Assembly: GCA_951406725.2 (NCBI GenBank)
Contig: OX597815.1
Coordinates: 72,726,001 to 72,790,000 of the forward strand
Direction of reading: 5' to 3'
Length of the DNA stretch: 64,000 nt
Source of the DNA: Octopus vulgaris
Lineage: Eukaryota
The notes under the pieces were generated by a model. That model saw only the letters and a program-made list of their open reading frames with translations. It was not told the origin of the DNA and searched no databases. Numbering within the stretch: the stretch's first letter is position 1; each line of letters opens with the position of its first letter. Positions 51,440 to 64,000 of the stretch are shown piece by piece. The position numbers and the translations under genes are program-made.

Positions 51440-54400
51440 TTCAAACCTATTTATCTAATGTTTATTTATCGACAATGCCGTCCCCAGTCAAATTCCCTCA
51501 CACCGCTTATTGTCACGTGTCCCTTGACCTCTCTCTAACTAACCCTATCTCTCTCTCTATGTCCCCCCTTCCCATAACCATCATCGCCATGGTTCTCTAT
51601 GCCCCCCCCTCCCAAAACCATCATCGCCATATATAAAAGAGCGATCGCATTTATCGTTAACCCCACTCGCTTCAAAATATCTAAAGAATACGCACAGATC
51701 ATGAATGGCTAAAAGTTAAGTGAATCGTCCAACCTCGCTACGCCTACCTTCTTTCTTGCACTTATTCTTATTCTTTCTCTATTCTTCAATTTCCATCTCA
51801 TTGTATTGTCCCTCATTCTTTCAGTATTCCCTCATTACCCTGTCTAACTCAAACATTTTTTTTCGTTTAGACTTGTCTACAGGTTCATAGCCACTCTGAT
51901 TTTTCAATTTTTCGTTTAGTGTTGTCTCCCGATTCATACAAACCCATTTGCTAGCTCATACGATTAACAGAACCTCTTTACTCAGCTACGGTGCACCCGC
52001 CCTACCACCCCCAACACGCATGCCGGAAGTTCCTATTCTCTGCCATTCCGGGGTTGCTTCCCATGAAGACTGCAAATGCTCTCACCATCCCTACCCCTCC
52101 CTACCCCTAGTCTCGACCTATGTAAGGTAATGTTCATACAGTGCAAAATATGAAAGGCTAGCGTTATGCAGGTTGTACTGAAGGCTACTTTACTACTTCA
52201 TTTCTTGCACATGAATTCTGCCAAATGCGAGCTTTCTTTTCAGGTACACGAAGCTACTGTCCACCGTCCCAGGGTCTCTAGAGCCCATGCCTCCCACACC
52301 CTCAGGGTTGGCACCCTCAACGTTGGCACTCTGAAAGGTAGGTCTGGTGAGATAGTTGAGATGCTTGAACGGAGATGTGTGGATATATGTTGCATGCAAG
52401 AAATAAGGTGGAGAGGAGGATCAGCTAGGTTCCTCACAGGCAAAGAACGCAGGTACAAGATTTTCTGGGCAGGGAACACTGACGGGGTTGGTGGCGTGGG
52501 TATACTTATTGCTGAGAAATGGGTAGATAAAGTAATTGAGGTAATCAGAGTATGTGACAGAATACTTAAGATTAGATTAGTGCTTCATCATAGTTTAGCA
52601 ACCATTATATCAGCCTATGCTCCTCAGTCGGGGCTACCCGATGGACAGAAAGACCGATTCTATGACACTCTACTGCAGACTACCTCGTTGACGAACGACA
52701 GAGACCTTATCTTTGTGGCTGGTGACTTCAATGGTCACGTTGGACGACATGCTGGGGGCTTCCATGGCGTACATGGAGGCTATGGCTATGGCTCCCGCAA
52801 CGAGGAGGGAACCAGGCTGCTGGAGTTCTGCGATGCAAATAATCTTATGATTTGCAACACTAACTTCAGGAAACCTACCAGCCACCTAGTCACTTACCAA
52901 TCGGGCCAACATACCAGCCAAATTGACTACATCCTTACAAGGCAAAGGGAGAGATGGCTGCTTATAAATGCCAAAACCTTCCCAGGTGAAGAATGTACCC
53001 CACAACATAGACTGGTAGATAGTGACTTTAGGATCAGGACTAGGAGGACAAACCAGAAGACGACAAATATGGAGAAGAAGGATCTGGAAGCTTAAAGATC
53101 CTGCAAATGGACAGAGATTTAGGGACATATTACTTGAAGCCTCTGACGAAGTAGAAGGGGATAGAGCATCACAGGGGGTAGAAGACAGCTGGACGTTTCT
53201 AAGGGACAACCTGCTGAGAGCCACTGACCAGATCTGTGGCTGGTGCAAAGTCCCCTCTCGACCTAGAATAACGTGGTGGTGGAACAATATTGTAGACAGG
53301 GCTATTAGAGAAAAGAGACAGGCTTGGAAGGTCTGGAAAAATGGGGGTAGCAGGGGATTGTATCAGACTGCCAAAAGAGAAGCTAGGAGACAGGTTTATT
53401 TAGCCAGAGGGGAAGCAGATAAGAAAAAATTTGCCAATGTTCTGCGCCGTGAGGACCAAAGACTGGAGGTGTTTCGTGTTGCAAGACAGTGTGTGAGAGA
53501 GAATCGTGATGTGGTAGGAGAGAAGTGTGTTCGCATGGAAGATGGTTCACTTGCGCTAAATGAGGATGCAAAGAGAGAGGTTTGGAGATGCCACTATGAA
53601 AGGTTGCTGAATGAAGAAAATGAATGGGATAAAGAGAGCCAACAGAGGGACCAGCTATCCGAGTTGATAGTTCCGTGGTAGCTAAGGCAATTAGAAGCAT
53701 GAAGACAGGGAAAGCCCCAGGCCCATCAGGAATCACTGCAGAGATGCTCGGCTATAGCCTAGTCACCCGTATAGTTAATCAGGTGATACACAAAGGGGTC
53801 ATACCCAATGACTGGTGTAGCAGTATAATAGTCAACTGCTACAAAGGTAAAGGTGATGCCCTAGATACAAATAACTACAGAGGTATCAAGCTGTTGGACC
53901 AGGTGATGAAGGTTACGGAGAGGGTCATAGATCAACTAATTAGAGAGAGAGTTAGTTTAGATGAGATGCAGTTTGGGTTTGTGCCAGGGAAAAGTACTAC
54001 TGATGCTATATTTCTGGTAAGGCAGCTGCAGGAGAAATACCTAGCCAAAGATAAGCCCCTGTACCTGGCTTTTGTTGACATGGAGAAAGCCTTCGACAGG
54101 GTCCCCCGATCCCTTATCTGGTGGGCAATGAGGAAACTAGGGATAGATGAATGGTTAGTGAGAGCTGTGCGGGCCATGTATAGGGACGCCGCTAGTAGGG
54201 TGAGGGTTGGAAATGTGTACAGTGAAGAATTCCGGGTAGAGGTAGGAGTCCACCAAGGCTCAGTACTCAGCCCCCTCCTATTTATCATAGTCCTCCAGGC
54301 AATAACGGAGGAATTCAAGACAGGATGCCCTTGGGAGCTCCTCTATGCTGATGACCTTGCTCTAATTGCTGAGTCGCTATCAGAACTGGAGGAGAAGTTT

Positions 54401-55892
54401 CAGGTGCGGAAACAAGGATTAGAATCGAAGGGCCTCAGAGTCAATCTAGCTAAAACCAAAGTCGTAATCAGTAGGAAGGTAGACAAATCACAAACACCTT
54501 CAGGTAGATGGCCCTGCTCGATCTGTAGAAAAGGTGTAGGTAGAAACTCTATAAGATGCACCAAGTGTAAGCTATGGACACATAAGAGATGCAGCAATGT
54601 CAAAGGAAGGCTAACTAGGAAGATGGTTTTTGTATGCGGCAGATGCTCAGGAACAATAAACACTGAAAATGCTCTGAGACCAACTTCCGTCACTTTCCAG
54701 GGAGAAAAACTAGAAATAGTTGATAGTTTCCGTTACCTAGGTGACCAAGTCAGCAGCGGGGGCGGGTGTGCTGAAAGTGTAACTGCTAGAGTAAGAATAG
54801 CTTGGGCAAAGTTCAGAGAGCTCTTACCTCTGCTGGTGACAAAAGGCCTCTCGCACAGAGTGAAAGGCAGACTGTATGATGCGTGTGTACGAACAGCCAT
54901 GCTACATGGCAGTGAAACATGGGCCGTGACTGCTGAGGATATGCGTAAGCTCGCTAGAAATGAAGCCAGTATGCTCCGATGGATGTGTAATGCCGGTACT
55001 CACACTCGGCAGAGTGTAAGTACCTTGAGAGAAAAGCTGGACCTAAGAAGCATCAGTTGTGGTGTGCAAGAGAGACGTTTGCGCTGGTATGGTCATGTGG
55101 CGAGAATGGATGAAGATAGTTGTGTGAAAAAGTGCCACACCCTAGCGGTTGAGGGAACCTGTGGAAGAGGCAGACCCAGGAAAACCTGGGACGAGGTGGT
55201 GAAGCACGACCTTCGAACTTTAGGTCTCACTGAGGAAATGACTAGAGACCGAGACCTCTGGAAGTGTGCTGTGCGCGAGAAGACCCGGCAGGACAAGTGA
55301 GTCCATAACCCGTGGCCTTCTACATGGGATGGAGCCGGCCTACGTATGCATACCTTCCCTTCTTGGGACACAAAACTCTACTTGTGAAGACGTGTTGAGG
55401 CAAGTGAGGATCAGAATCGAAATCGATCAATGGAAATTGCGGATGTGCTACCAGTGCCGGTGGCATGTCAAAACTCTGCTTGTGAAGACCCGTTGAGGCA
55501 AGTGAGGATCAGAATCGAAATCGATCAATGGAAATCGATCAATGGAAATTGCAGATGTGTTACCAGTGCCGGTGGCATGTAAGAGAACTTTCCGTTTCGC
55601 GACCGTTGCCAGCACCGCCCCGTTTCGTGTCCGTTGCCAGCCTCGCCTGGCCCTCGTGCCGGTGGCACATAAAAAGCACCATCCGTTCGTGGCCGTTTGC
55701 CAGCTCTGTCTGGCACCAGTGCGGGTGGCACGTAAAAAGCACCCACTACACTCACGGAGTGGTTGGCGTTAGGAAGGGCATCCAGCCGTAGAAACACTGG
55801 GCCTGTTGAAGCCTTCTGGCTTCACAGACCCCAGTAGAACCGTCCAACCCATGCTAGCATGGAAAACGGACGCTAAACGATGATGATGATGA

Positions 55893-55896
<4 letters not shown>
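51440..55896 (+). mobile_element. Near-full-length RTE-clade LINE, antisense to Axin
   Basis: APE endonuclease and RT in one disrupted reading frame, about 600-bp 3'UTR and a (GAT)n tail running into (TA)n. The 5' boundary is approximate, taken from the start of CpG-richer sequence; no TSD resolved. Confidence 0.92.
52166..55300 (+). pseudogene. RTE LINE ORF (APE endonuclease, RT, PHD finger), broken by two frameshifts
   Basis: ORFs 52166..53095, 53022..53681 and 53675..55300. APE motifs: GTLNVGTL, CMQEIRW, SAYAP, GDFNGHVG, QIDYIL, QHRLV. RT motifs: KAPGPSGI, YRGIKLL, QFGF, FVDMEKAFD, GVHQGSVLSP, YADD, FRYLG. RTE-type C-terminus RRLRWYGHV...RGRPRKTW. Frameshifts near 53050 and 53640. Confidence 0.93.

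Positions 55897-55946
<50 letters not shown>
55895..55946. repeat. (TA)n microsatellite at the LINE 3' end
   Basis: Direct reading. Confidence 0.95.
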
Positions 55947-55949
<3 letters not shown>

Positions 55950-56227
55950 GATATATATATATATTTCTTTTTTAATTGGTAGATGTTACAAAGTGATGCA
56001 AATTACTTTGTAAATTGTTTGACTTAATAGAAAGACTAGAGGACACCAGTTCAAGGTTCTGCACACACAGACTAAACCTGAAGTCATGTGGTTACTTTGT
56101 GAACTCAAAACCACACAGTCATGCATGCACTTGTGTGCGTTTCAGTTTATTTTCAAAATAATCAAAAAAATTTCTTACAATAGCAAAGAAGTAATAAATG
56201 AGATCTGGGTTGCAATTTTAATGATGA

Positions 56228-56258
<31 letters not shown>

Positions 56259-57214
56259 CTTTTTAAATATAAATGGTTTGGTAACCTGAGACCAGAAAGG
56301 GCCTTGCAATGAATAAGTTAGGGGTTGCCAGTGCATGCATTACAGCACATGTTTTATTATGAGTAAATGTTGTTGCAGATGTTACTAAGACGTGCTCCCA
56401 CTAGGAGAGAGTCTCTATGCAGTCACTTAATCTGCTAAAAATAGCAACCAAATTTCCTTCAAATCATGCAGTACTATCTTACAAAAGATGGACAAATATC
56501 AATGTAGTCCCAATATATACAATATGACAGGATGGTCATATTTGAACTGGTTTTAGATCATAGCCACCTATTTGATCTATGTTGACTTAGGACTAAACAA
56601 AACTATGTATCTGTGATAAAGGTGTGATGATAAAATAAAAAACACCTTTGTTGTTTTCTCTGACTATCATAACATGGTAACACGATTCTTGTCCTTAGGT
56701 AGCAACTGCTATTTTCTATTTGCTTACTCCTAGAATGGCTTAGTGGCCAGGGTGTTGGACTCGTGATTGTAAAATTGTGGTTTCAATTCATGGACTGGGC
56801 GACGTCATGTTCTTGAGCAAAACACTATTTCACATTGCCCCAGTCCACTCAGCTGGCAAAAATGAGTAATCATGTGACTGACCAGAGTCCGGTCCAGTGG
56901 AGGATTTATATCCTATGGAAACCCGGCCCTTATGAGTTGGAATAACTCAAGATAATTTTACTTTTTACTTTATTATTTTTAAGTATGAAAAATGGCTGAT
57001 ATTTCTTTTAATCTTTGCTTTTATTGCATCAATTCACTCCACCCCCACCCCAAATCCCTCTCAACATATGGCTACGATGTTCCCCCACTACTCCTGCTCA
57101 TGAGCAGAGATACACATATTGTCAGCCACAAAGGGACAAGCTCAAGTTGTTACGGTCAAGCAACTGACAAGCAAATCTGGTATGGAGCAGAATATTTGCT
57201 ATAACAGTATTCCT

Positions 57215-57440
57215 GCTGGCAGAAACATTAGCACCCCGGGTGAAATACTCAGTGGTATTTCATCTACCGTTATGTTCTGAGTTCAAATTCCGCCAAGGTT
57301 GATTTTGCCTTTCATCCTTTCGGGGTCGATTAAATAAGTACCAGTTACACACTGGGGTTAATGTAATTGACTTAATCCCTTTGTCTGTCCTTGTTTGTCC
57401 CCACTATGTTTACCCCTCTGTGGGCAATAAAGAAATAAAT
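57215..57440 (+). mobile_element. Family-A SINE, variant 3' end (as at 23780-23990)
   Basis: Same head and core, but ends tttgtctgtccttgtttgtccc...tgtggg.aataaagaaat. Confidence 0.8.
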
Positions 57441-58924
57441 ATTCCAACTTCAACAACTCAACACTGAATCTGTTTGAAATGTATTGAAAATATCAGATTC
57501 AAAACATTGATGTCCAGGTCACAGAGTTTGAAGGAAATAGTAGTTATTTCCTTTGATTTCTAGAAGCAAATAGAAAAATTACACTTACTGACCAAAGACA
57601 AAAAGAAAAAAAAAAAGTCACACTGTAATCCTAACAACCACACTTACATTGGGTTGTGCAATACAAAACCCTTCAAAATTTTGCAAATTAGATCTCCAAA
57701 ACAGGTGCACGCAGGGCTGTGTGATTAAAAAGCTTGCCTCCTAACTATGGTCTGGGGTTCAGTTCTACTGCATGGCATTTTGGTTAAGTATCTTATGCTT
57801 ATAGCTTTGAGGAGTTAATTTGGTAGATGGAAACTAAATGCAAAAGCAGTAAATACAAACGAATACTTCCACAGAAACATGGTAGTGAAAGGGATAGAAA
57901 CATTAGCTGCTTAACAATAAATGCTAAAGTTTACATAAACTTGTAAGTCTATAACAGGCTTTCAGACATGTAAAAGAGAATACTAACCAATCATACCTTA
58001 TAATAGTTTGGTCTAATTCGACAATATATATATATATATATATATATAACAATAACATGAAAGGAAATGAGCATTTTATATACATATAACTTATGAATAA
58101 ATTTAAATAATTAAAAATATCGAGCACACCTTTTATCTCATTGTGTCTAGCACTTTCTATTTAGTTACAGCACAAATACATGTTCTTTTCATCCGACGGT
58201 ATGTGTGAATGAGGTTGACTTAGTACTGACTGACTTGTCTGACCTTATAACCTTTCAAGATTGCTGGCAAACTTTCAAAGCATGTCTATAACACTTGCTT
58301 AGTAAACTGAATTCATTTCCTAACTGAGCGTTCAGTCCAGTGACAATAACAAGAGTTTGATGTAGTTTAGTATGAGACATGTGACACAAACTGTGCATCC
58401 AATGCTAACTGGATGCATATTTGTAGCTTTAATTTTCCTTGTATCTCAATATTTTATTGTTAATTTAATATGTAGTCATACACATGGGTGTGTGGCAAAG
58501 TTTGCTTCCCAACCACATGGTTCTGAGTTCAGTCCCACTGCATGGTACCTTGAGCGTCTTCTACTATAGCCCAGGTGGACCAAAACCTGAGTGGATTTGG
58601 TAGACAGAAACTAAAAGAAAGCTGTAATATATATATCACGTGACCGACTAGGCTATCAGATGTTGCTACACATTGCTTGACACAATGTGCTTTGCATTGT
58701 TTTAGCCTTCAACTGATGCCACCTTGCTGGCAAAGCAAGCAGCCCAACAGTGAAAGAGTACAGCAGGGATCGCCACCACCCGCTGCCGGAGCCCTGTGGA
58801 GCTTTAGGCGTTTTCTCTCAATAAACACTCACAACGCCCAGTCTGGGAATCAAAACCGCAATCCTACAACCGCAAGTTCGCTGCCCTAACCACTGGGCCA
58901 TTGCACCTCCAATTATATATATAT

Positions 58925-58965
<41 letters not shown>

Positions 58966-58971
<6 letters not shown>

Positions 58972-59470
58972 AGCAAAACAAGGTGGAAAAAATAGTACTC
59001 AAATACCAAAGGTGGAGTAATATACATTTGGTGATAAAAATGAAACATCCAGTCAACATCATGGTATTTGGAGCGATCACTCGTGATAGCAACATTATGC
59101 CTCCATTCATCTTTCCATATAGCCTCAGACTCAACGCAGAGGCCTACATCAAGTACCTGGAGGAGGTAGTGCTGCTCTAAGTCAAGAGAGTGGCTGCTGG
59201 AAGACCCTATGTCTGGCAACAGGGCTCTGCACCATGCCACACAAACAGGAGAACCTTGTCATGGCTGTCACACAATTTCTGGGACCACATCACCCTTAGT
59301 ATCTGGCCACCTAACTCCTCAGACTGCAACCCCTCTGATTATTATGTGCAGGGTGCAGTTGAGCAAAAGACCAACAAAACTCCTTGTAACACCAAAAATG
59401 AATTGAAGGCAAAGATTATGGCAGCATTCACCATCTTAAAACAAGGAGACCACCCAGAAGAATTGCAGGA
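58966..59470 (+). mobile_element. DD37D (maT/Bmmar1-like) transposase remnant
   Basis: KHPVNIMVFGAI...MPPFIFP..LRLNAEAYIKYLEEVVL*, then AGRPYVWQQGSAPCH...WPPNSSDCNPSDYY. There are 37 residues between the mutated second Asp position and the last Asp. In-frame stop at 59178-59180; N-terminus missing. Confidence 0.85.
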
Positions 59471-61687
59471 GATTCTTTCAGTTTCTGTCTATCAAGTCCA
59501 CTCAGGTTTTGGTCCAGCTGGGCTATAGTAGAAGACGCCCAAGGTACCATGCAGTAGGACTGAACTCAGAGTTACAGGACGTGGTTGAAGCCAACGGTAA
59601 TGTTATTGAATAAATCTACTCTTTAGTACTTTAAGATATTTTTATGTAATTTTGGTAAATATATCTGTTAAAATTACAAGTCAGTGTTATTTTCATTTTT
59701 GCTTAATTTAGACAATTTATTCACCACACCCTGTGTATGTATGTATGTATATATGTTAATGGATGTGTGTGTGTACATGTGTGTTGTCTTGTCAGCTTGG
59801 CATCATGTAATTCTTGTAGCCATAGAGTATCACCATCACGCAACTAGTGGCGTTCATTTCTGTCATTCTGTGAAAACATGTCTGATCATGGGTAAATATT
59901 ACTTTACTTGGAAACAGGCAAATGTTTGGCTACAGCGAAGGCACCTGGCTGCAGAAAATCTACCTTAATTCTGAGTCATGCAAGGAAAAATGAACATTAA
60001 ATGATGACATACATAATAGAAACTGGATAAAAGAGTAAAGACCTGCTTTGGTCATGAATGAACATGGCTTGCACCTACAAAGTTCCCCTCTGAGGTACAA
60101 ATCCAAGCAAGATTGTTTATGAAAGACCAGCAGTTGCTCATGCATACCAGCTTTCCCTCTCCATGCCACTGATGTTATCAAAGGGAAAGGCAAAGGCTGA
60201 TACAGCTTGGCACCAGTCACATAACTCATTTCTACAGCTGAGTGAATTGGAACAACGTGAAATGAAATGACTTGCTCAAGAACACAACACAGCCTGGTCT
60301 GGGAATCAAACTCACTATCTCGTGATTGTGAGCCTGATGCTTTAACCATTGAGCCATGTGCTTTTACGGAAACTGGGTAACTGACCCTATGAGTTCTATG
60401 GCTTGTGACAGTAATTTCTAGAGTTGGTGATGACAACACCGACATAGACAGTGCTTGAATTTCAGTAGGAAAAATGCAAGTATGGCAGTATTTCCTCTAG
60501 ATTTCAGTTCAGGGAAGCAAGGATTGGAAATGCTATATAGTTCAGTGTGAAGGCATGTAGCCTAGTGGCTAGGCTGTTGCACTCACAATTGGGTTCAATT
60601 CCCAGACCAAACAGCATATGTTCTTGAGCAAAACACTTCATTTTCACATTGCTCCAGTCCGCTTTCAATCAAAAGGGTGTTGGCCTGCTTGTCTAGCCAG
60701 CAGGGTGGCATCATTCAATGGCTAAAATGATACAAAGCACGTTGTGGCCAGCGATGTGTCACAACATCTGATAGTTTGATTGGTCGAATGGTCAAGTGAT
60801 ATAGTTCAGTAAGGGAGCAGAGTGGTATGATTAAGAACAAGAGGGTAAAGTAGGTGGTTTAGGAACTGGTTGTATGTTTGGACAAGCAGAGGGCCTTGTA
60901 GCAGCAGAGGAAGAGCTAGAGTGAGTAATTATCCAAGCTGGTGAATTGTAAATGTATTGGTGAGTGAAATTTTTGCTGATCAGCTGAAATTTAGAATGTT
61001 TGTACAAGCAGGAGCTGCACCACACAGTAGGTGTGTGAATGGCATTCGAAGTAGTTCCTGTACAGCTGAAATGATAAATATATAAACTCTTTGAACTCAA
61101 GTTGATGATTTTTGAGACTGCTAAAGCTCTATGATGAAACTTGAGTGGTTGATTTTTGGGTCACCCAGTGTTCAAATACATCAATTTTAGCCTTATTAAT
61201 GTTAGAAAAATAGAAATTTCATGTAAGGAAAAAAAAAAAAAAAAAAGAAATGAAATCTTTCTGTGAGGGACAAGTAAGATATACAAACTAGAATAGAAAT
61301 ACATGTTATTAGAAGTAGACATGGACAGAAGTAGGTGTGCTCACTTCAGTATGAATATCTATCAAAAGAATGTACAGGTTTGGCAATGTAAAGAAGAAAA
61401 ATAGAACTCAAAACCTAAGTTTTATAAGTGTTAATGTAAGAAGCTCTTGGCCCTTGAGTCACTGTTGCTTCTGCTAAATATTAATAAAAATAATATGTAG
61501 GTGGAGGTTCTGGATTCAGTTCCACTGCAAATGTCTTTGGTAGATGAAAACTGAAAGAAGCCCATTGTATATAACTCTGTGTGTGTAGTTTGTCCACCAC
61601 CACTGCTTGACAACTGGTCTTGGTATGTTTAAGTCCCCATAACTTAGTGGATTGGCAAAAGAAACCAACTGAATAAGTACTAGGCCA

Positions 61688-61737
<50 letters not shown>

Positions 61738-63109
61738 CCCCGTCCTAGGGTTGATTTGTTCAACTAAAAATTCAGGGTGGTGTCCCAGCATGGCTACAGT
61801 CTAATGCCTGAAACAACTGAAAATAAGATAAAAAACCCCAAAAAACAGTAGCTATTTTGCAATTTGGCCAAATGAGGTTGAGTGAATAACCTGGAGTTAT
61901 AAGGATACCACTTCACTTTGAAGAAAAAGTGGAATGGTTTCTTGGCCAGATTTAAGCCCAACACTTTTTCACAAGAAGATAAAATTGAGTTATTGAGAGG
62001 AGTCTTCGCAAGGAATAACAAAGAAAAAATCAGGCACTTTATTAGTTATGATGACAAAGGTTCCAGGCGATCTAACCAATGGAACACTTGTGAAATTAAT
62101 GCGCAAGTGGCTGAGCACTCCACAGACATGAGTACTCTTAGTTCTCAGGGAGATTCAGTATGATACAATGTGACAAGGGTTGTACTTTGAAATACAGGTA
62201 CTACTCATGTTTGCCAGCTGGGTGGACTGGAGCAGCAAGAAAAAGTGTCTTCATAAAGGACACAACATGCTGCCAGCTATCAAGACCCATGACCTTATGA
62301 TCTTGAGCTAAATACTCTAACCACCTAGCCATGCACCTTAACAGCAAGGAATATAAAGAAGTGTTCACAACAGGAATATAATCTGTTAATCTTTTAGTTA
62401 ACAGGCTTGTATTAAATCATTCAGCTAATTCATTTGCTAACCTCACTGAAAGGAAAATGCATCATATTTCAGTGCAATGAGAAATTCATGCCTAAGATGA
62501 ATAGGAATATAGAACAGAAGAAAAAGAAATACAGGTATACATATATTAAAACTGTGTACAGATATTTAACATGTCTGCGTACCTCCAAAGAATCACTATG
62601 GAAACTGTCTAGGGAAGGGCAATCTCCTTATAGATAATGCACGTGAAAACATACTGTACTTGGCTATGAATGAGGTTATTGGACTGTAGAACATGCGTTT
62701 CTGTGTCATTACACTTCATCAGCTACGGGCGTCGAATATGTTATTCGCAGCTCATGAAGAACTTCCGTTGCTGTATTTAAATAACAAAAGAAACAAAACA
62801 CACACACACACATTTACTGAAGTAGTCCAGTGCGGTGTGTTTCCGCACACATCATCATCATTTAACATCTGTTTACCATGCTGGCATGGGTTGAACGGTT
62901 CAACAAGAGCTGGCAAGCTGAAGAGCCACCCTGGGCTCCATGTCTGTTTTGGCAAGGTTTCTATGGTTGGATGCCCTTCCTAACACCAACCACTTTACAG
63001 AGTGTACCGGGTGCTTTTAGGCAGCACCACAATGGGTACTTTTTATGTGGCATCAGCATTCATGTGCTCGCAAGATTAGGGATGCTCAGCTAATGAGGGA
63101 TGCAGGGGA

Positions 63110-63607
63110 CATGCCTGTATGCAAAGACAACCACTATATTTTGCCAATAGCTTGGTGATACCTGCGCAGAGGTTTATGCAAAGTTTTCAAAGAGTTTTCA
63201 TTGTTCTCAACACAATCAAAGAGATCTTGTGCAATTGAAACCCGAGCGTCTTTTTAGTTAGCTGAAAGCAGTTTAAACACAAACTTAGCAGATATGTCTC
63301 ACACCTAAATCTTCAGTGATAATGGACTGAACTGAACAGTAACTAATCTGCACATCTGCCGATAACTCATGGATGGTGATTCGATGATTTCCCCTCACAG
63401 TTGCATGCATGTCTGCAATGTTTTTCTCAGTTCTGCTGGTTGCAGTTCTCCTAGAACGTTTGTTAATATCGACATTTGATCAGCTATCTTGGAAACACCT
63501 GCACCACTCATACATTTGTGTGTTGCTTATACACTCCTCTCCATACACTTTCTGCAACTTTGTGTAGGCTTCTGAGCAGATATCACCATGACAACTTTGT
63601 CTGTCAT
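63110..63607 (-). mobile_element. Internally deleted mariner transposase remnant (N-terminal HTH region)
   Basis: Hand translation gives EAYTKLQKVYGEECISNTQMYEWCRCFQDS*SNVDINKRSRRTATSRTEKNIADM...RITIHELSADVQISYCSVQSIITEDLGVRH, a frameshift, then AKFVFKLLS. This is the typical mariner HTH plus WVP-like linker. Stops are present and the catalytic domain is absent. Confidence 0.8.
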
Positions 63608-64000
63608 GGTCAGTGCAACAATCACACACTACACACATTGCTTCCAAGCACTGCTGTAAACAGTGAAAGTGAGCTAGAATGTTAAAACTTGGTGTACCTG
63701 TAATTAATTCCAGCTTGACAAAACTTTCTACACATCAGCAAATGATTTATTTTCCTGCTTACATATACGAAAGGCAGTTCTTTGTGGCCTATGGACAACA
63801 GATACAGTGTTTGTAGCTGATGATGCAGAGACACATATCCTACAGTTCAATAGTTATTCATAGCCCAGAGTGGTATGGCGTGGTTACATGTCCCACCTCC
63901 CGTCACAGTTTCCACAGCGAAAGTCCTTTTATATGTGAGTGCACCCCAAAGTATTAAATATAAATGTACACACTTTAACTTTATTTTAATCCTCACTAGT

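Noticed and set aside
52193-55371. Minus-strand ORFs over the LINE
   Set aside because: Antisense shadows of the APE/RT frame.

Overview
AT-rich animal genomic DNA, most likely an octopus (inferred from the SINE and RTE-LINE repertoire and dense CA/GA/TA microsatellites; not verified by search). The whole window appears to lie inside one large minus-strand gene, Axin (Wnt destruction-complex scaffold). Four coding exons chain in frame through canonical GT-AG junctions: 35968-35822, 13844-13733, 11939-11793 and 11133-10454. They include the GSK3- and beta-catenin-binding segments. No RGS or DIX exon was found, so these presumably lie outside the window. The introns hold a near-full-length, frameshifted RTE-clade LINE (APE endonuclease, RT, embedded PHD finger), many 3' fragments of it, dozens of tRNA-derived SINEs of about four families (often in head-to-tail arrays), two mariner-superfamily transposase remnants, several MITEs, a probable non-autonomous Helitron, two Penelope-type hammerhead-like remnants and a 2-kb compound microsatellite. 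Best leads: (1) a CpG-retaining island at about 16-18.8 kb next to an ATG-initiated candidate exon that would splice in frame to give an RGS-less Axin; (2) a second CpG-retaining island at about 0-7 kb; (3) a possible in-frame spliceosomal intron in the LINE 5' region; (4) beta-TrCP-degron-like DSG motifs in Axin. All four are hypotheses from sequence reading only. Repeat boundaries are approximate.
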